Notes: generated by a model from the letters alone, not told the origin. A stretch of DNA of 64,000 nucleotides from Candidatus Eiseniibacteriota bacterium (GCA_963762255.1 CAVXKA010000001.1:1312001-1376000); one strand, 5' to 3'. Positions 45,247 through 56,501 are shown, numbered from the stretch's first letter. Translations and numbers: made by a program.

Positions 45247-46314
45247 ATGGCATTGAATATCGAGAAGCTCCTCGGTGCGGAGGCGAAACCCCTCCTGACC
45301 CACAAGTGCAAGACGATTCCCAAGGAGTCGCTGCACCTTCCCGGTCCCGACTTCGTCGACCGGGTGTTCGCTCTCTCCGACCGGCCGACGCCGGTCTTGA
45401 AGAGCCTGCAGACTCTCTACGATCACGGCCGTCTGGGCGGCACCGGCTATCTCTCGATCCTGCCCGTCGACCAGGGCATCGAGCACTCCGCCGGCGCCTC
45501 GTTCGCGCCCAACCCGATCTACTTCGATCCCGAGAACATCGTGAAGCTAGCGCTCGAGGGCGGGGCGAACGCGGTGGCCTCGACGTTGGGTGTGCTCGGC
45601 TCGGTGGCGCGCAAGTACGCGCACCGGATCCCCTTCATCCTCAAGATCAACCACAACGAGTTCCTCTCCTATCCCAACACGTATGACCAGTCGCTCTTCG
45701 CCAGCGTCGAGCAGGCGTTCGACATGGGCGCGGTGGCGGTGGGAGCGACCGTATACTTCGGATCGGAGGAGTCGCGCCGGCAGATCCTTGAGATCAGCGA
45801 GACGTTCGAGCGCGCCCACGAGCTGGGCATGGCCACCATCCTCTGGTGCTACCTGCGCAACAACGCGTTCAAGACCAAGGAGAAGGACTACCACGTCTCC
45901 GCGGATCTCACCGGCCAGGCCAATCACCTCGGTGTGACCATCCAGGCCGACATCATCAAGCAGAAGCTCCCCGAGAACAACGGCGGGTACAAGGTGCTCA
46001 ACACCAAAGAGAACCCGTACGGCAAGACCGACAAGCGGATCTACGAGACGCTCACCTCCGACCACCCCATCGATCTCACCCGCTACCAGGTGGCCAACTG
46101 CTATATGGGGCGCGCGGGGCTGATCAACTCCGGCGGCGCCTCCGGAGCGAACGACCTCGCCGACGCGGTCAAGACCGCGATCATCAACAAACGCGCAGGC
46201 GGCATGGGACTCATCTCAGGCCGCAAGGCGTTCCAGAAGCCGATGAAGGACGGAGTCGCGCTCCTGAACGCGATCCAGGATGTCTACTTGTCGAAGACGG
46301 TGACTGTGGCGTAG
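45247..46314 (+). CDS. fbaB: Class I fructose-bisphosphate aldolase (DhnA/FbaB)
   Basis: [47 protein letters not shown]. Confidence 0.96.
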   Translation: MALNIEKLLGAEAKPLLTHKCKTIPKESLHLPGPDFVDRVFALSDRPTPVLKSLQTLYDHGRLGGTGYLSILPVDQGIEHSAGASFAPNPIYFDPENIVKLALEGGANAVASTLGVLGSVARKYAHRIPFILKINHNEFLSYPNTYDQSLFASVEQAFDMGAVAVGATVYFGSEESRRQILEISETFERAHELGMATILWCYLRNNAFKTKEKDYHVSADLTGQANHLGVTIQADIIKQKLPENNGGYKVLNTKENPYGKTDKRIYETLTSDHPIDLTRYQVANCYMGRAGLINSGGASGANDLADAVKTAIINKRAGGMGLISGRKAFQKPMKDGVALLNAIQDVYLSKTVTVA

Positions 46315-46320
46315 AGCCGT

Positions 46321-46887
46321 TCAGCTCGCGGCCGGCCGCCCGATGGGAAGCACCGGGTGGCCGAGCTGCTCCTCCAGCACCTCGGCCATGGCCAGATAGA
46401 TGGCGCTGGCTCCGCATGCGATGCCCTCCCACCCCGCGATCCTGCCGATCGTCACCGAACCGCTGAAGTCACGCGCAGCGAGCAGGAAGAAGAGCACGGT
46501 GAGCGAGAGGAACACGAACTGGAGGGCGCGATTGGCGCGCAGCGTGCCGAAGAACATGAACAGGGTGAACACGCCCCATAGCGCGAGATACCAGCCCATG
46601 TACGCTTCGGGGGTCTTGTCCATCCAGGTCGTCCTCGGGCCGACGACGAGCACCACGAAGCTGAGCCAGAAAAACCCATACGACGTGAACGCGGTCAGCC
46701 CGAACGTATTGCCCTTCTTGAACTCGAGGATCCCCGCGATCACCTGAGCGATGCCTCCGTAGCAGAGGCCCATGGCCAGGACCATGGCGCTCAACGGAAA
46801 GAAACCGGCGTTGTGAATGTTGAGGAGCACGGTGGTCATGCCGAAGCCCATCAACCCGAGCGGCGCGGGATTGGCGGTCTTCTCCAA
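46321..46887 (-). CDS. satP: Acetate/succinate uptake transporter (GPR1/FUN34/YaaH family)
   Basis: ANPAPLGLMGFGMTT and GNTFGLTAFTSYGFFW; probable TTG start at 46887 after AGAAGG. Confidence 0.92.
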   Translation of the reverse strand: MEKTANPAPLGLMGFGMTTVLLNIHNAGFFPLSAMVLAMGLCYGGIAQVIAGILEFKKGNTFGLTAFTSYGFFWLSFVVLVVGPRTTWMDKTPEAYMGWYLALWGVFTLFMFFGTLRANRALQFVFLSLTVLFFLLAARDFSGSVTIGRIAGWEGIACGASAIYLAMAEVLEEQLGHPVLPIGRPAAS

Positions 46888-46981
46888 GGGGACACCTTCT
46901 TTCTGGATGCGGGCGCGCACGCCCGCGGCCGTTTGCGGCGCTGGCCGGCGGTACCCCGCCGGCCCCTCGCCGCCGGAATCG

Positions 46982-48097
46982 CTACATCAAGTTCTCCGGG
47001 TTGAGCCCGTGCAGTTCCTTCGGGACGAACAACCCGTCCTTGCGGACGAGCTTCCCGTCGAAGTGGATCTCGCCCCCGCCCCACTCCGGGGTCTGGATGC
47101 AGACAATGTCCCAGTGGAGCGCCGAGTGGTTCCCGTTGGGCGCGGCGTCGTAGGAGTTTCCCGGCGTGAGATGGAAGCTACCGCGGATCTTCTCGTCGAA
47201 GAGGGTGTCGAGCATGGGCTTGGTCACATGCGGGTTCACCCCGAGAGCGAACTCCCCGAAGTAGCGGGCGCCCTCGTCGATGTCGAGTATCTCGTTCATC
47301 TTCTTTGCGTCGCCCTCGCAGGTGGCGTTGACGATCTTGCCGCTCTTGATCTCGAAGCGGAGGTTCTTGAACAGCGCCCCTTCCTCCAGGGTGCTCGTGT
47401 TGTACTGGATGACGCCGTTCATGGAGTCCCTGACGGGAGCTGTGTAGATCTCTCCGTCCGGGATGTTGATGTGGCCGTCGCACTTGACGGTGGGGATCCC
47501 CTTGATCGAGAAGCGGAGGTCGGTGCCCGGCCCCTTGATGTGCACCTGGTCCGTCTTCTCCATGAGATCGAAGAGGGGATCCATGGCCTTGCTCATCTTG
47601 GCGTAGTCGAGCGTGCAGACGCGATAGTAGAACTCGGCGAAGTCCTCGGTGGAGCGCTGGGCGAGCTGGGCCATGGCCGGGTTCGGATAGCGCATCACGC
47701 ACCACCGCTTCTTGAGCCGGACCCCGAGGTGCACGTCCTTCCAGTAGCTGTTGTTGAACCCCTTCATGCGCTCGGCGTCCACGTCGGCGAGGTCGAAGGG
47801 GTTGGTGGGGCCGCGGAGCCCGATGTACGCGTCCACCGCCTCCATGATCGGTTTGTGGAACTGCCCCCAGGCGGCGAACTGCTCGGGAGAGGCGTTCTTG
47901 ATGAAGTTGCGGCTCACCGATTCGTCATTGTAGTACCAGAAGGGCACGCCGCCGCGCAGGGTGGCGATTCGGATCAACTCGCCCCCGAGCTCGAGGGCCT
48001 CGATGCCTTTGATCTCGATGTAGATCTTCTCGCCCGGTTTGAGCTGAATGCTGTAGTCGATGAGCTGCTCGGCTAGCTTGGTGTTTCGGGGATCCAT
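46982..48097 (-). CDS. M29-family aminopeptidase (AmpS/PepS)
   Basis: MDPR, NIPDGEIYTAP, GEFALG, LFDEKI..SFHLTPG, SALHWD. Confidence 0.93.
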   Translation of the reverse strand: MDPRNTKLAEQLIDYSIQLKPGEKIYIEIKGIEALELGGELIRIATLRGGVPFWYYNDESVSRNFIKNASPEQFAAWGQFHKPIMEAVDAYIGLRGPTNPFDLADVDAERMKGFNNSYWKDVHLGVRLKKRWCVMRYPNPAMAQLAQRSTEDFAEFYYRVCTLDYAKMSKAMDPLFDLMEKTDQVHIKGPGTDLRFSIKGIPTVKCDGHINIPDGEIYTAPVRDSMNGVIQYNTSTLEEGALFKNLRFEIKSGKIVNATCEGDAKKMNEILDIDEGARYFGEFALGVNPHVTKPMLDTLFDEKIRGSFHLTPGNSYDAAPNGNHSALHWDIVCIQTPEWGGGEIHFDGKLVRKDGLFVPKELHGLNPENLM

Positions 48098-48122
48098 GGG
48101 GTTTCCACTCCTCGGGTTGGGG

Positions 48123-48884
48123 TCAATGAGTCGGCCCGTGCGGATGCGGATGCTGGAGGATGTGCGGTTTCTCCAGACCGTGCGCGAGCATGAACGCTTC
48201 GTCGGAAAGCAACTCCACCGTCGGCCCGTCGGCGATGACCCGGCCCGCGTCGAGGACGATCGTGCGCGGACAGAGTTCGACCACCAGTTCGAGGTCGTGG
48301 GTGGCGATGATCTTGGTGGCCGGAATGGCGCGCAGGAGCGTTTTCAGCTCCCGCTTGGTGCGGGGATCGAGATCGCTGGTCGGCTCGTCCAGCGCCAGAA
48401 CGAGCGGGCGGCAGGCGAGGATGCCGGCCAGGCATACCCGCTGCTTCTCGCCGCCGCTCAGGTGATGGGGTGCGCGGTCCTCGAACCCCGTCAGCCCCAC
48501 CTGCGCCAGCGCTTCCGTCACCAGCGCGCGCACCTCGCCGTCATTCGAGCCGAACTGCTGCGGGCCGAAGGCGACGTCTTCGTAGACGGTCGGGCAAAAG
48601 AGCTGATCGTCGGGATCCTGGAACAGAAGTCCCACCCGGCGTCGGACGATATCCACCGTCGACGCAGTCACAGGGTCGCCGTGGATGAAGACGGCCGCCG
48701 GGCCCGCGAACTTCTCAGGGAGGATGCCGTTGAGGTGAAGGAGCACGGTCGATTTCCCGGCGCCGTTGGGACCGATCAGCCCCACACACTCGCCCTCGGC
48801 CACTCCGAAACTCACGTCCCGCAAAGCGTCCTTGCCGTCCGGGTATCGGAAACTCAGAGCGCGCAGCTCGACGGCGAGGCTCAT
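48123..48884 (-). CDS. cbiO: ECF transporter ATPase CbiO/NikO
   Basis: GPNGAGKST, FQDPDDQLF, LSGGEKQR, LDEP; His-rich tail HPHPHGPTH. Confidence 0.9.
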   Translation of the reverse strand: MSLAVELRALSFRYPDGKDALRDVSFGVAEGECVGLIGPNGAGKSTVLLHLNGILPEKFAGPAAVFIHGDPVTASTVDIVRRRVGLLFQDPDDQLFCPTVYEDVAFGPQQFGSNDGEVRALVTEALAQVGLTGFEDRAPHHLSGGEKQRVCLAGILACRPLVLALDEPTSDLDPRTKRELKTLLRAIPATKIIATHDLELVVELCPRTIVLDAGRVIADGPTVELLSDEAFMLAHGLEKPHILQHPHPHGPTH

Positions 48885-49492
48885 TGCCACCCTCGAGCGC
48901 GCATCGCCGCGTAGACCCTCTCGCCGCGCACCGACGAGCGCACGAAGAGTTGAGCGGTCACCGATGCCAAAGACTGCCACGCCTGCCGGCGAGAGCGAGC
49001 GAAGGTGCGGCTCGCCCGCGCTCGCTTCAATCGCCCCGCCTCGTCCACCAGCACGAACAGGTAGCGAACCATGAGCGCGATCACCGTGACGAGGAGCGAG
49101 GGTACGCGCATCCTCCGCATGAAGCGGAGAAGATCCGAGACCGGCGTCACCGCGGCGAGGAGGACCATGGCGAAGAGGCAGATGGTGCTCTTGGCCAGGA
49201 CGCCGAGGAAGATCACGACACCGTGCGGCTGGAAGAGGCTCAGGAGCGCCACTCCCAGCACGAACGGCTCCAGGAGCAGGACGCGGCGGGCGAGGAAGGC
49301 GGCGGGGACGCGACTCAACGCGGCCGCGGCGAGGAGCAGCACCGCGGTCACGCCCAGCGGCCACACGCGGCCGAATGGAGTCAGCACCACCGCAAGGATC
49401 GCCGCCACCGCACCGGCAAGCTTGATCCCGGTGCGAAGCCGATGCACAGGGCTCGAGAGCCGGGCGGTGTGTTCGAAGAGGACAGAGCGCAT
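48881..49492 (-). CDS. cbiQ: ECF transporter T component CbiQ/NikQ
   Basis: RYLFVL, RARASR and AMRARG motifs; TM segments. Confidence 0.9.
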   Translation of the reverse strand: MRSVLFEHTARLSSPVHRLRTGIKLAGAVAAILAVVLTPFGRVWPLGVTAVLLLAAAALSRVPAAFLARRVLLLEPFVLGVALLSLFQPHGVVIFLGVLAKSTICLFAMVLLAAVTPVSDLLRFMRRMRVPSLLVTVIALMVRYLFVLVDEAGRLKRARASRTFARSRRQAWQSLASVTAQLFVRSSVRGERVYAAMRARGWQ

Positions 49493-49502
49493 GATCGGTC
49501 TC

Positions 49503-50462
49503 TCAGCTCTTGGGCAGCGACGCCCGCGATCGCGCCGTTCCCGGGACGAGGATTCGAGCGAGAGCGAACGCGAGTCCGAAGGCGATCACCGTTCCGATGG
49601 CCCCCGCGAGCGCGGTCGCCATCGCGGCAGATTCGATACCGCCCAGCCGATAGTCGGCCCAAGGAGAGAGCGCCGGCGACACACTCGCCGCACGGTGCTC
49701 GAATCCGAGCTTGCCTGCGACCCGCTCCAGTCCGTCGGGCCACGCCGAGGCGAAGGGAGCCACGAAGAGCGCGAGGCCGACCGCGAGCAGGGACCCATAT
49801 GCGATCGCATCGCGATAGCCAGGGCGGGCAGTCGCGGAATCGTCCAGCAGCTCCGGCCGAGTGCGGCCGACCGCGGCGATGACGAGGGTGGTGATGAGCC
49901 CCTCGCCAAGCCCGATCAGCATGTGCACGTTGGCCATGGCGGGGAAGGCGGCCGACCAGGCGACGGTGCCGGACCACGCGAGTTCGCCCGCACAGAGCAC
50001 GGCAGCGAGTACGGTCGAGCACCAGGCGGCGAAGAACACGGCGAGGAAGCGGCCGCGCTCGCCTCGGAGCGTCCCGCGCACGGTGCGATAGACCGCGTAG
50101 CCGAAGAGCGGCGCCGCAACCGCCATGTTGAGGATGTTCGCACCCAACGCGAGCAGGCCGCCGTCGGCGAAGAGGAGGCACTGCACGATGAGCACCGCGG
50201 TCATGACGACGACGGCGGCGCTGGGGCCGAGGAGCACCGCCACCAGCACGCCGCCCATCAGGTGGCCCGACGTTCCTCCGGCTACGGGAAAGTTCAGCAT
50301 TTGCGCCGCGAACACGAAGGCGGCGGTGAGGCCCATCAGGGGAACGCGTCGCGGCGGCACTGTGCGACGGGCCTGGCGGAGGGCGTAACCCACCCCCGCC
50401 ACCGAAAGCCCGGCGGCGGTGGCCGCCGTTCGAGCGTCCAGAAAGCCGTCCGGAATGTGCAT
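49503..50462 (-). CDS. cbiM: ECF Co/Ni S component CbiM/NikM fused to a PDGLE domain
   Basis: N-terminal MHIPDG, QMLNFP..GGTSGH, ADGG, C-terminal PDGLE...DY. Confidence 0.93.
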   Translation of the reverse strand: MHIPDGFLDARTAATAAGLSVAGVGYALRQARRTVPPRRVPLMGLTAAFVFAAQMLNFPVAGGTSGHLMGGVLVAVLLGPSAAVVVMTAVLIVQCLLFADGGLLALGANILNMAVAAPLFGYAVYRTVRGTLRGERGRFLAVFFAAWCSTVLAAVLCAGELAWSGTVAWSAAFPAMANVHMLIGLGEGLITTLVIAAVGRTRPELLDDSATARPGYRDAIAYGSLLAVGLALFVAPFASAWPDGLERVAGKLGFEHRAASVSPALSPWADYRLGGIESAAMATALAGAIGTVIAFGLAFALARILVPGTARSRASLPKS

Positions 50463-50492
50463 CGTTCGCCCCCCGTCCCCTCGCAGTCACGC

Positions 50493-50540
50493 CCCGCAGC
50501 GCACCCGCAGCGCACCCGCAGCCCCCCGCGGCGCCCCGCG
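50493..50540. repeat. Degenerate 10-11-bp tandem repeat (CCCGCAGCGCA) upstream of cbiM
   Basis: Two exact copies at 50493 and 50504, then degenerate copies at 50515, 50525 and 50535. Confidence 0.6.
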
Positions 50541-50641
50541 AGCCCGAGGAGAATACACCACGGGATGGGCAATTGCCCCGCCATCGAGTACCGTATCCGT
50601 ACCCCCATGCCGAGCGGTTCTTCCGGAACCAGGAGGCATAC

Positions 50642-51688
50642 GTGAGACTGAGTGTAGTGATTGCCCTCGCGGGGGTCGTGTTGGCCGCCCTCGTCGGCCT
50701 GTCACCCGCCTGGGCACAAGGACGGATGTTCGAAAACGGGCTCATGCCGGCTGTGCCGGTACCGCCCGACAACCCGCAAACCGACGCCAAGGTCAGGCTC
50801 GGCGCGCAGCTCTATTTCGATACGCGGCTCTCGGCGGACAACACGATCAGTTGTGCGACGTGCCACGATCCTCGCACCGGATGGGCCAACCCGCACGCGA
50901 CCGATACAGGGATCCGCGGGCAAGTGGGTGGCCGCAATTCGGGAACGGTGATCAACGCCGGTCACATGCGGTTCCAGTTCTGGGACGGCCGCGAGCCTTC
51001 GCTCGAAGGGCAGGCGGTAGGCCCCATCCACAACCCGATCGAGATGGGCGAGACCCACGAGAACGTGGTGCGCAAGCTCAACGAGATGCCGGGCTACCGC
51101 GAGCAGTTCCAGACGGTGTTCGGCCGTGACGCCGACATCGACGGCATCGCCAAGGCCATCGCCGCGTTCGAGCGCACCATCGTCTCCGGGCCGTCGCCGT
51201 ACGACCTCTACGTGATGGGCGACAAGACCGCGATGAGCAAGGCCGCGGTGCGCGGTCTGCACCTCTTCAACGGCAAGGGCCACTGCACGCCGTGCCACAG
51301 CGGCCCGATGTTCTCCGACCAGTCCTTCCACAACCTGGGTGTGGGCATGGACGCGGAGAAGCCCGATCTGGGTCGTTTCGACAAGACCAAGGACCCGGCC
51401 GACTCCGGCCGGTTCAAGACGCCGACGCTGCGCAACATCGCGCAGACTCCGCCCTACCTGCACGACGGCTCGGCCAAGACGCTCATGGACGTGATCGACG
51501 TCTACAACATGGGCGGCACGCCCAACGCGTACCTCGATCCGCTGGTGCTCCCGCTGAACCTCACGGCGCGCGAGAAGGCCGACCTGGTGGCGTTCATGGA
51601 GGCGCTGACCGGTCCCGTGCCCGAGGTGAAGATACCGACCTTCCCCGAAGGCCAGCCCAACGCCGATCCGAAGGGAGGCCTGCGATGA
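50642..51688 (+). CDS. Di-heme cytochrome c peroxidase / MauG-family protein
   Basis: AGGAGG RBS and GTG start; signal peptide; CATCH, QFWDGR, CTPCH, FKTPTLRN, PYLHDG. Confidence 0.93.
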   Translation: MRLSVVIALAGVVLAALVGLSPAWAQGRMFENGLMPAVPVPPDNPQTDAKVRLGAQLYFDTRLSADNTISCATCHDPRTGWANPHATDTGIRGQVGGRNSGTVINAGHMRFQFWDGREPSLEGQAVGPIHNPIEMGETHENVVRKLNEMPGYREQFQTVFGRDADIDGIAKAIAAFERTIVSGPSPYDLYVMGDKTAMSKAAVRGLHLFNGKGHCTPCHSGPMFSDQSFHNLGVGMDAEKPDLGRFDKTKDPADSGRFKTPTLRNIAQTPPYLHDGSAKTLMDVIDVYNMGGTPNAYLDPLVLPLNLTAREKADLVAFMEALTGPVPEVKIPTFPEGQPNADPKGGLR

Positions 51689-52948
51689 AGACCCGCGGCA
51701 TCTTGATCTGCTCGTTCCTGGCCGTGGTCGCGGCGACCTTGTGGGCGCAGTCGGCGCTCGCGGTGCCGGTGTTCGCGCGCAAGTACGGGTTCAACTGCAC
51801 GATGTGCCACTCGAACGTGCCGCGCCTGAACGATTTCGGTCAGCGCTATCGCATGAACGGGTACCGCCTGCCGGGGCTCGTGAACGAAGAGAAGACGGTG
51901 CTGGAGACACCGGCGCCGGTGGCGTTCCGCACCAACGCCGGGTACTCGATGGAGCACCTGGGCTCCGTGGCGGAGTACTACTACGGAACCGAAACCGAAC
52001 ACGGCTTCATCAAGGCCGGCAACGAGAGTGACTTTCGCCTGAACGGGCTGGACATCCTCTCCGCCGGGCTTCTGGGACCGCGCATCGGCTACTCTCATGG
52101 TCTACGTGCCGCCGATCTCGGCCGCGCGCGGGCTGGCCGAGCAGGAGGGTACGCTGGAGATGGCGAGCCTCGTGCTGAGCGACCTGGCCGGAAGCTGGCT
52201 CAATGCGCGGGTGGGTCGCTTCGAGCCCGCCTACGTGCCGTTCAGCGTGAAACGCCAGCTCAGCGTGGCGCCGTACGAGGTCTACGATCTCGCGTTCCCC
52301 GGCGGACCGGCGCTCTCCGAGGTGCAGTCCGGCATCGAGTTGAGCGGGTATGGCCCGCAACGCTTCCAGTACGCGGCGGGGTGGGTCGACGGCTCCGCCA
52401 CCAACGCGCCCGACGATACGCCCGCCGACTTCTACGGTCGGGCCGCCTACGTGATCAATCCCGGCGAGGGGCAGACGGTGGGGCAGCGGTTGGGGGTGAT
52501 CGGGTACCTGGGGAGTGCGCGACCGATGAGCGGAACCGACACGCGAGAAGTTCTCCCGGTCTCGGCGTGGACGCCAGCCTCAACGTCGCGATGGCCAACC
52601 TGGCGCTGCAGTATCTGTGGGCGGCAGACGACAAGATGCTTTGGGGCGCCGACGAGAACGTCGATTACTCGGGCGGATTCGCCGAGCTGAGCGTGCTACC
52701 CATGGTCAATCTGGTGGGGTTCGCGCGGCTGGACTTGATCAACCAGTGCGAGGACTACGGGTTCGACGTGAACCGCTACACGGTGGGTGGTCGCTACTAC
52801 CTGGAGGACAATGTCGCCGTTCACGCCGAGTACTCGTACCGGATGGTAAAGGATGCCGTTGTGAGCCCTGTCGGAACTTCCGTCGTCGAGATCCGGGGGG
52901 ACGCCATCAGTTCGTCGCTTCACCGCGCGACTGGATTTCGTGTTCTAG
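51685..52948 (+). CDS. Cyc2-like fused monoheme cytochrome c - outer-membrane porin (frameshifts ~52095, ~52555, ~52915)
   Basis: ATGA overlap with the CCP; signal peptide, then AVPVFARKYGFNCTMCHSNVPRLNDFGQRYRMNGY; amphipathic beta strands; reconstructed C-terminus FTARLDFVF* (beta-barrel signal) at TAG 52946-52948. Confidence 0.8.
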
Positions 52949-52958
52949 GGAAATGAGG

Positions 52959-52987
52959 CCGGGGGGCGGCGCAAGCCGTCCCCCCGG
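52959..52987 (+). terminator. GC-rich hairpin with GCAA tetraloop after the cytochrome-porin gene
   Basis: CCGGGGGGCGGC-GCAA-GCCGTCCCCCCGG. Confidence 0.6.
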
Positions 52988-52998
52988 ATTGAAACCCG

Positions 52999-55976
52999 AT
53001 GATCGGCCGCACGATCTCCCATTACCGCATTCTGGAGAAGCTGGGCGAAGGGGGGATGGGCGTTGTCTATCGGGCCGAGGATACGACTCTCAAGCGCGCG
53101 GTCGCGCTCAAGTTCATCTCGACTCGGGCCCTGGTGGATGAGACCGCCCGGGCCCGCTTTGTTCACGAGGCCCAGGCCGCCGCCGCTCTGGATCATCCCA
53201 ACATCGGCACGATCCACGAGATCGGGGAAGCGGACGGGCAGCTCTTCATCGTGATGGCTCTCGTCGAGGGACAGAGCCTCGGCGAGCGGATCGCGGAAGG
53301 TCCACTGCCGCTGGCGACGGCGCTCGACATCGCCCTCCAGGTGGCCGAAGGCCTCGAAGCCGCCCACGCCCGCGGCATCGTCCATCGGGACATCAAACCC
53401 GCCAACATCCTGCTGACGTCACGCGGACAGGCGAAGATCATGGACTTCGGCCTCGCCGCGTCCCCGGAGCTGACGCAGCTCACGCAACCGGGGACGACGT
53501 TGGGCACGGTCGCCTACATGTCGCCGGAGCAGGCGCGCGGGCAATCGGCGGATGGCCGCAGTGACCTCTGGGCGCTCGGGGTCGTGCTGCACGAGATGCT
53601 CACCGGCGGGCGGCCCTTCCGAGGCGACGGCGAGCAGGCCGTGCTGCGCGCGGTGCTCAACGACCCGCCGCCTCCGGTGACCGGCTTGCGCGCGGGGATC
53701 CCGATCGAGATCGACCGTATCCTGGAGAAGGCGCTGGCCAAGGACCCTCGCGAGCGCTACCAGCACGCGGACGAGCTCCTGGCCGACCTGCGCCGCGTGA
53801 AGCGGCAGATCGAGAGCGGGGTGGCGGCGACGGTGCCGCTCGGCGCCACCGGAGCGCAACGCGGACGGCGGTGGCCGAGGATCGCGCTTCCCATGGCGGT
53901 GGTGATCGTGGCGGCGGCGCTTTTCGCGACGCGCCCGCTCTTCTGCGACCGGGAGGCGCTGGCGAGCCCGGTGCCGATCGCGGTGATCGGCTTCGTGAAC
54001 CAGACCGGCGACAGCACCTACGACTACCTGCAGGCGGCGATCCCCAACCTGCTCATCACGAGCCTCGAGCGATCGCGGTTCCTGCGCGTGGCGACCTGGG
54101 AACGCATGCAGGATCTGTTGCGCCAGTCGGGGCGGCCGGCGATAGAAGTGATCGACAAGGATACCGGCTTCGAGCTCTGCCGCATGGACGGCATTCAGAC
54201 CGTGGTGCTGGGCACCATCACCCGGGCCGGCGACACCTTCGCCACCGACGTCAAGGTGCTCGACGTGGGCACCAAGGAGCTCCTCGCCGGGGCGAGCGCA
54301 CGCGGCAAGGGGGTCGAGAGCATCCTCGAGTCGCAGATCGACCGCTTGAGCCGCGACATCTGCAACGCGGCCGGGATTGAGCGAACGTCGGGCGGCCCCC
54401 ACCGAGGCCCCGGTGGCGGGCGTGACCACCGCCTCGATGGGCGCCTACGACCTCTTCCTGCGCGGCAAGGAGGCCTACTGGAAGACGTACCACGCTGAGG
54501 CCCGCGAGGTCCTCCGGCAGTCCGTTCAACAGGATTCCACCTTCGCGGTGGCGTGGCTCTACCTCGGCCGAGTGTACGCCGCCCTGCAGCGCGAGCGCGA
54601 GCGTGACGACGCCTACCGCACCGCCATGCGTCTGGTCTCCCGGGCCGCGGAGAAGGACCGCCTCTACATCGAGGCCGCCTACGCGGCCACGGTGGAGAAG
54701 GACACCGCCAAGCAGGTAGCGCATCCTTCGCGAGCTGGTTCGTCGATACCCCGGGGAAAAGGAGGCGCACCAGGCGCTGGGCCTCTGCTTCAGAGGCCAG
54801 GGGCTGTACCGGGAGGAAATCCCCCAGTACGAGGCCGCCCTGGCGTTGGACCCGCAGTTCGCCGCGGTGCTCAACACCATGGCCTACGCCCACGCGCGGC
54901 TGGGGGAGATGGAGCAGGCGGAGGCGTACCTGAACCGGTACGCGGCGGCCGCGCCCGGGGATGCCAACCCCTTCGATTCCATGGGTGAGCTCTGCTTCGA
55001 CATGGGAGATCTGGATCGCTCGCGCGCGAACTTCGAGCGCGCGTTGGCGGTGCGTCCCGATTTCAATTCGCACGTCAAGCTCGCCTATCTCGCGGCGCTG
55101 CGACGAGGACTACGATGGGGCGGCCGTAAGTCCTGTCCCGGCGGCTTGCGCTGTCGGGGGATCCTCGCGACATGGTGAACACCCGGTGGTGGCAGGCGTT
55201 CTACATGTTCTGGCAGGGCCGGCGTCGGGAGAGCCTCGACGCCTACGACGAATTGGTCCGGCAGTCCGAGGCGTCGGGGATGCCCTGGATCGCGACCTCC
55301 GCAGGGTGGGGGGCCGGGATCGTCGAGATCGCGCGCGGGGACATCGCCGACGCTCGCGTGCGTTGCGCCGATCTGGACGCCTACAGCCGGACGGTGGCCG
55401 CCGATCGGCAACCCGGTGTCCGGATCCGGGTGGAGTACTTCCGCCTTCTCGTCGAGCTCCGCGCCGGGGACCTGGATTCCGCCCGCGTTGCGCTCGCGCG
55501 CGCGGAGCAGTTCTACGCCGCGTGTTCTTCCCGGCGACCACGAGACGGCCGTCGCGTTCCTGGACGCGATGCGAGGCGAGTTGCTGCTGGCGGAAGGCAA
55601 GCTTGCGGACGCCACGTCGGTGTTCGTTCGCTGCAATGAACCCGAGTTCCTCATGACCGACCTGATGCGAGGGGCCCTGTTCAACGTGTCGTACCCCGTC
55701 GATGGGCTTGCTCGCACCTACCTGGCGCAGGGGAAGCGGGACGCCGCCATCGCGGAATACGAACGGCTGGTCTCGCCCGATCCCAACCAGCGCGCTCGTC
55801 TGTTGATCCGTCCGCTGGACCGCTATCGCCTCGGGGTGCTCTACCAGGAAGCGGGAGAGAACAAGAAAGCGGTCGAGCAATTCGACCGCTTCCTCGCGAT
55901 CTGGAAGGACGCCGATCCCGATATCCCGGAATTAGCCGACGCCAGGGCCCGGCGCGCCGCGCCGGCGGGCAGGTGA
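52999..55976 (+). CDS. Hanks-type Ser/Thr protein kinase with TM, TolB-N-like and TPR domains (several frameshifts)
   Basis: LGEGGMGVVY, VALK, HRDIKPAN, MDFG, YMSPEQ, SDLW; IAVIGFVNQTGD; TPRs; C-terminal IWKDADPD. Pieces lie in several overlapping frames. Confidence 0.88.
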
Positions 55977-55990
55977 TCGAAGCCGCTTTC

Positions 55991-56501
55991 TTACAGGCTG
56001 TCCCCCACGTCGTTTCGAGGAAGTAACCATGCGGTGATCGCGGTGTCGCCGGAGGTGAACCAGACATCCATCGGAGGGGTGGTCTGGAAGGCGACCTGGG
56101 GGCTGGCGGAGAGCGATCTCCTCGCAGCATTCCCTCACCGTCGATCCCTACCGTGCGTGACGTGGCGCACTGTGGTGGCCGACCCAGAATCCGGTCAGGA
56201 AGATCGCGGTCTGGACGAAGACGGCGGCGGCGGCGGGAATCGGGGAGCGCCACCAGGGTCTGACCCGCGACGGGCGGCGATTCCCGGCCTGCGTCTCCAG
56301 GAGCTGCATCAGCACCCGCGCCGGCGGGTCGGGGAGCGCGGATTCGCGGAAGCGCGCGATCGCCCCCTCCATCGCGCGAATCGTCTCGCCGCACGCCGGG
56401 CACGCCGCGGCGTGAGACTCCACTTCTGTACGACCCGCGGGATCGAGTTCGTCCAGCACGTAGGCGATCAGGACGTCTTCGACAACATGATGTTCGCTCA
56501 T
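55991..56501 (-). CDS. zf-HC2 anti-sigma factor (probable frameshift near 56150)
   Basis: ATG 56501 overlaps the sigma stop; AYVLDEL...HAAACPAC (HxxxCxxC); one TM segment; plausible continuation ...PQVAFQT...GDSL* to TAA at 55991. Confidence 0.75.

Noticed and set aside
50463-50641. Cobalamin or NiCo riboswitch upstream of cbiM
   Set aside because: No B12-box or other recognisable conserved core by eye, and the region is short; an Rfam scan would be needed to exclude it formally.
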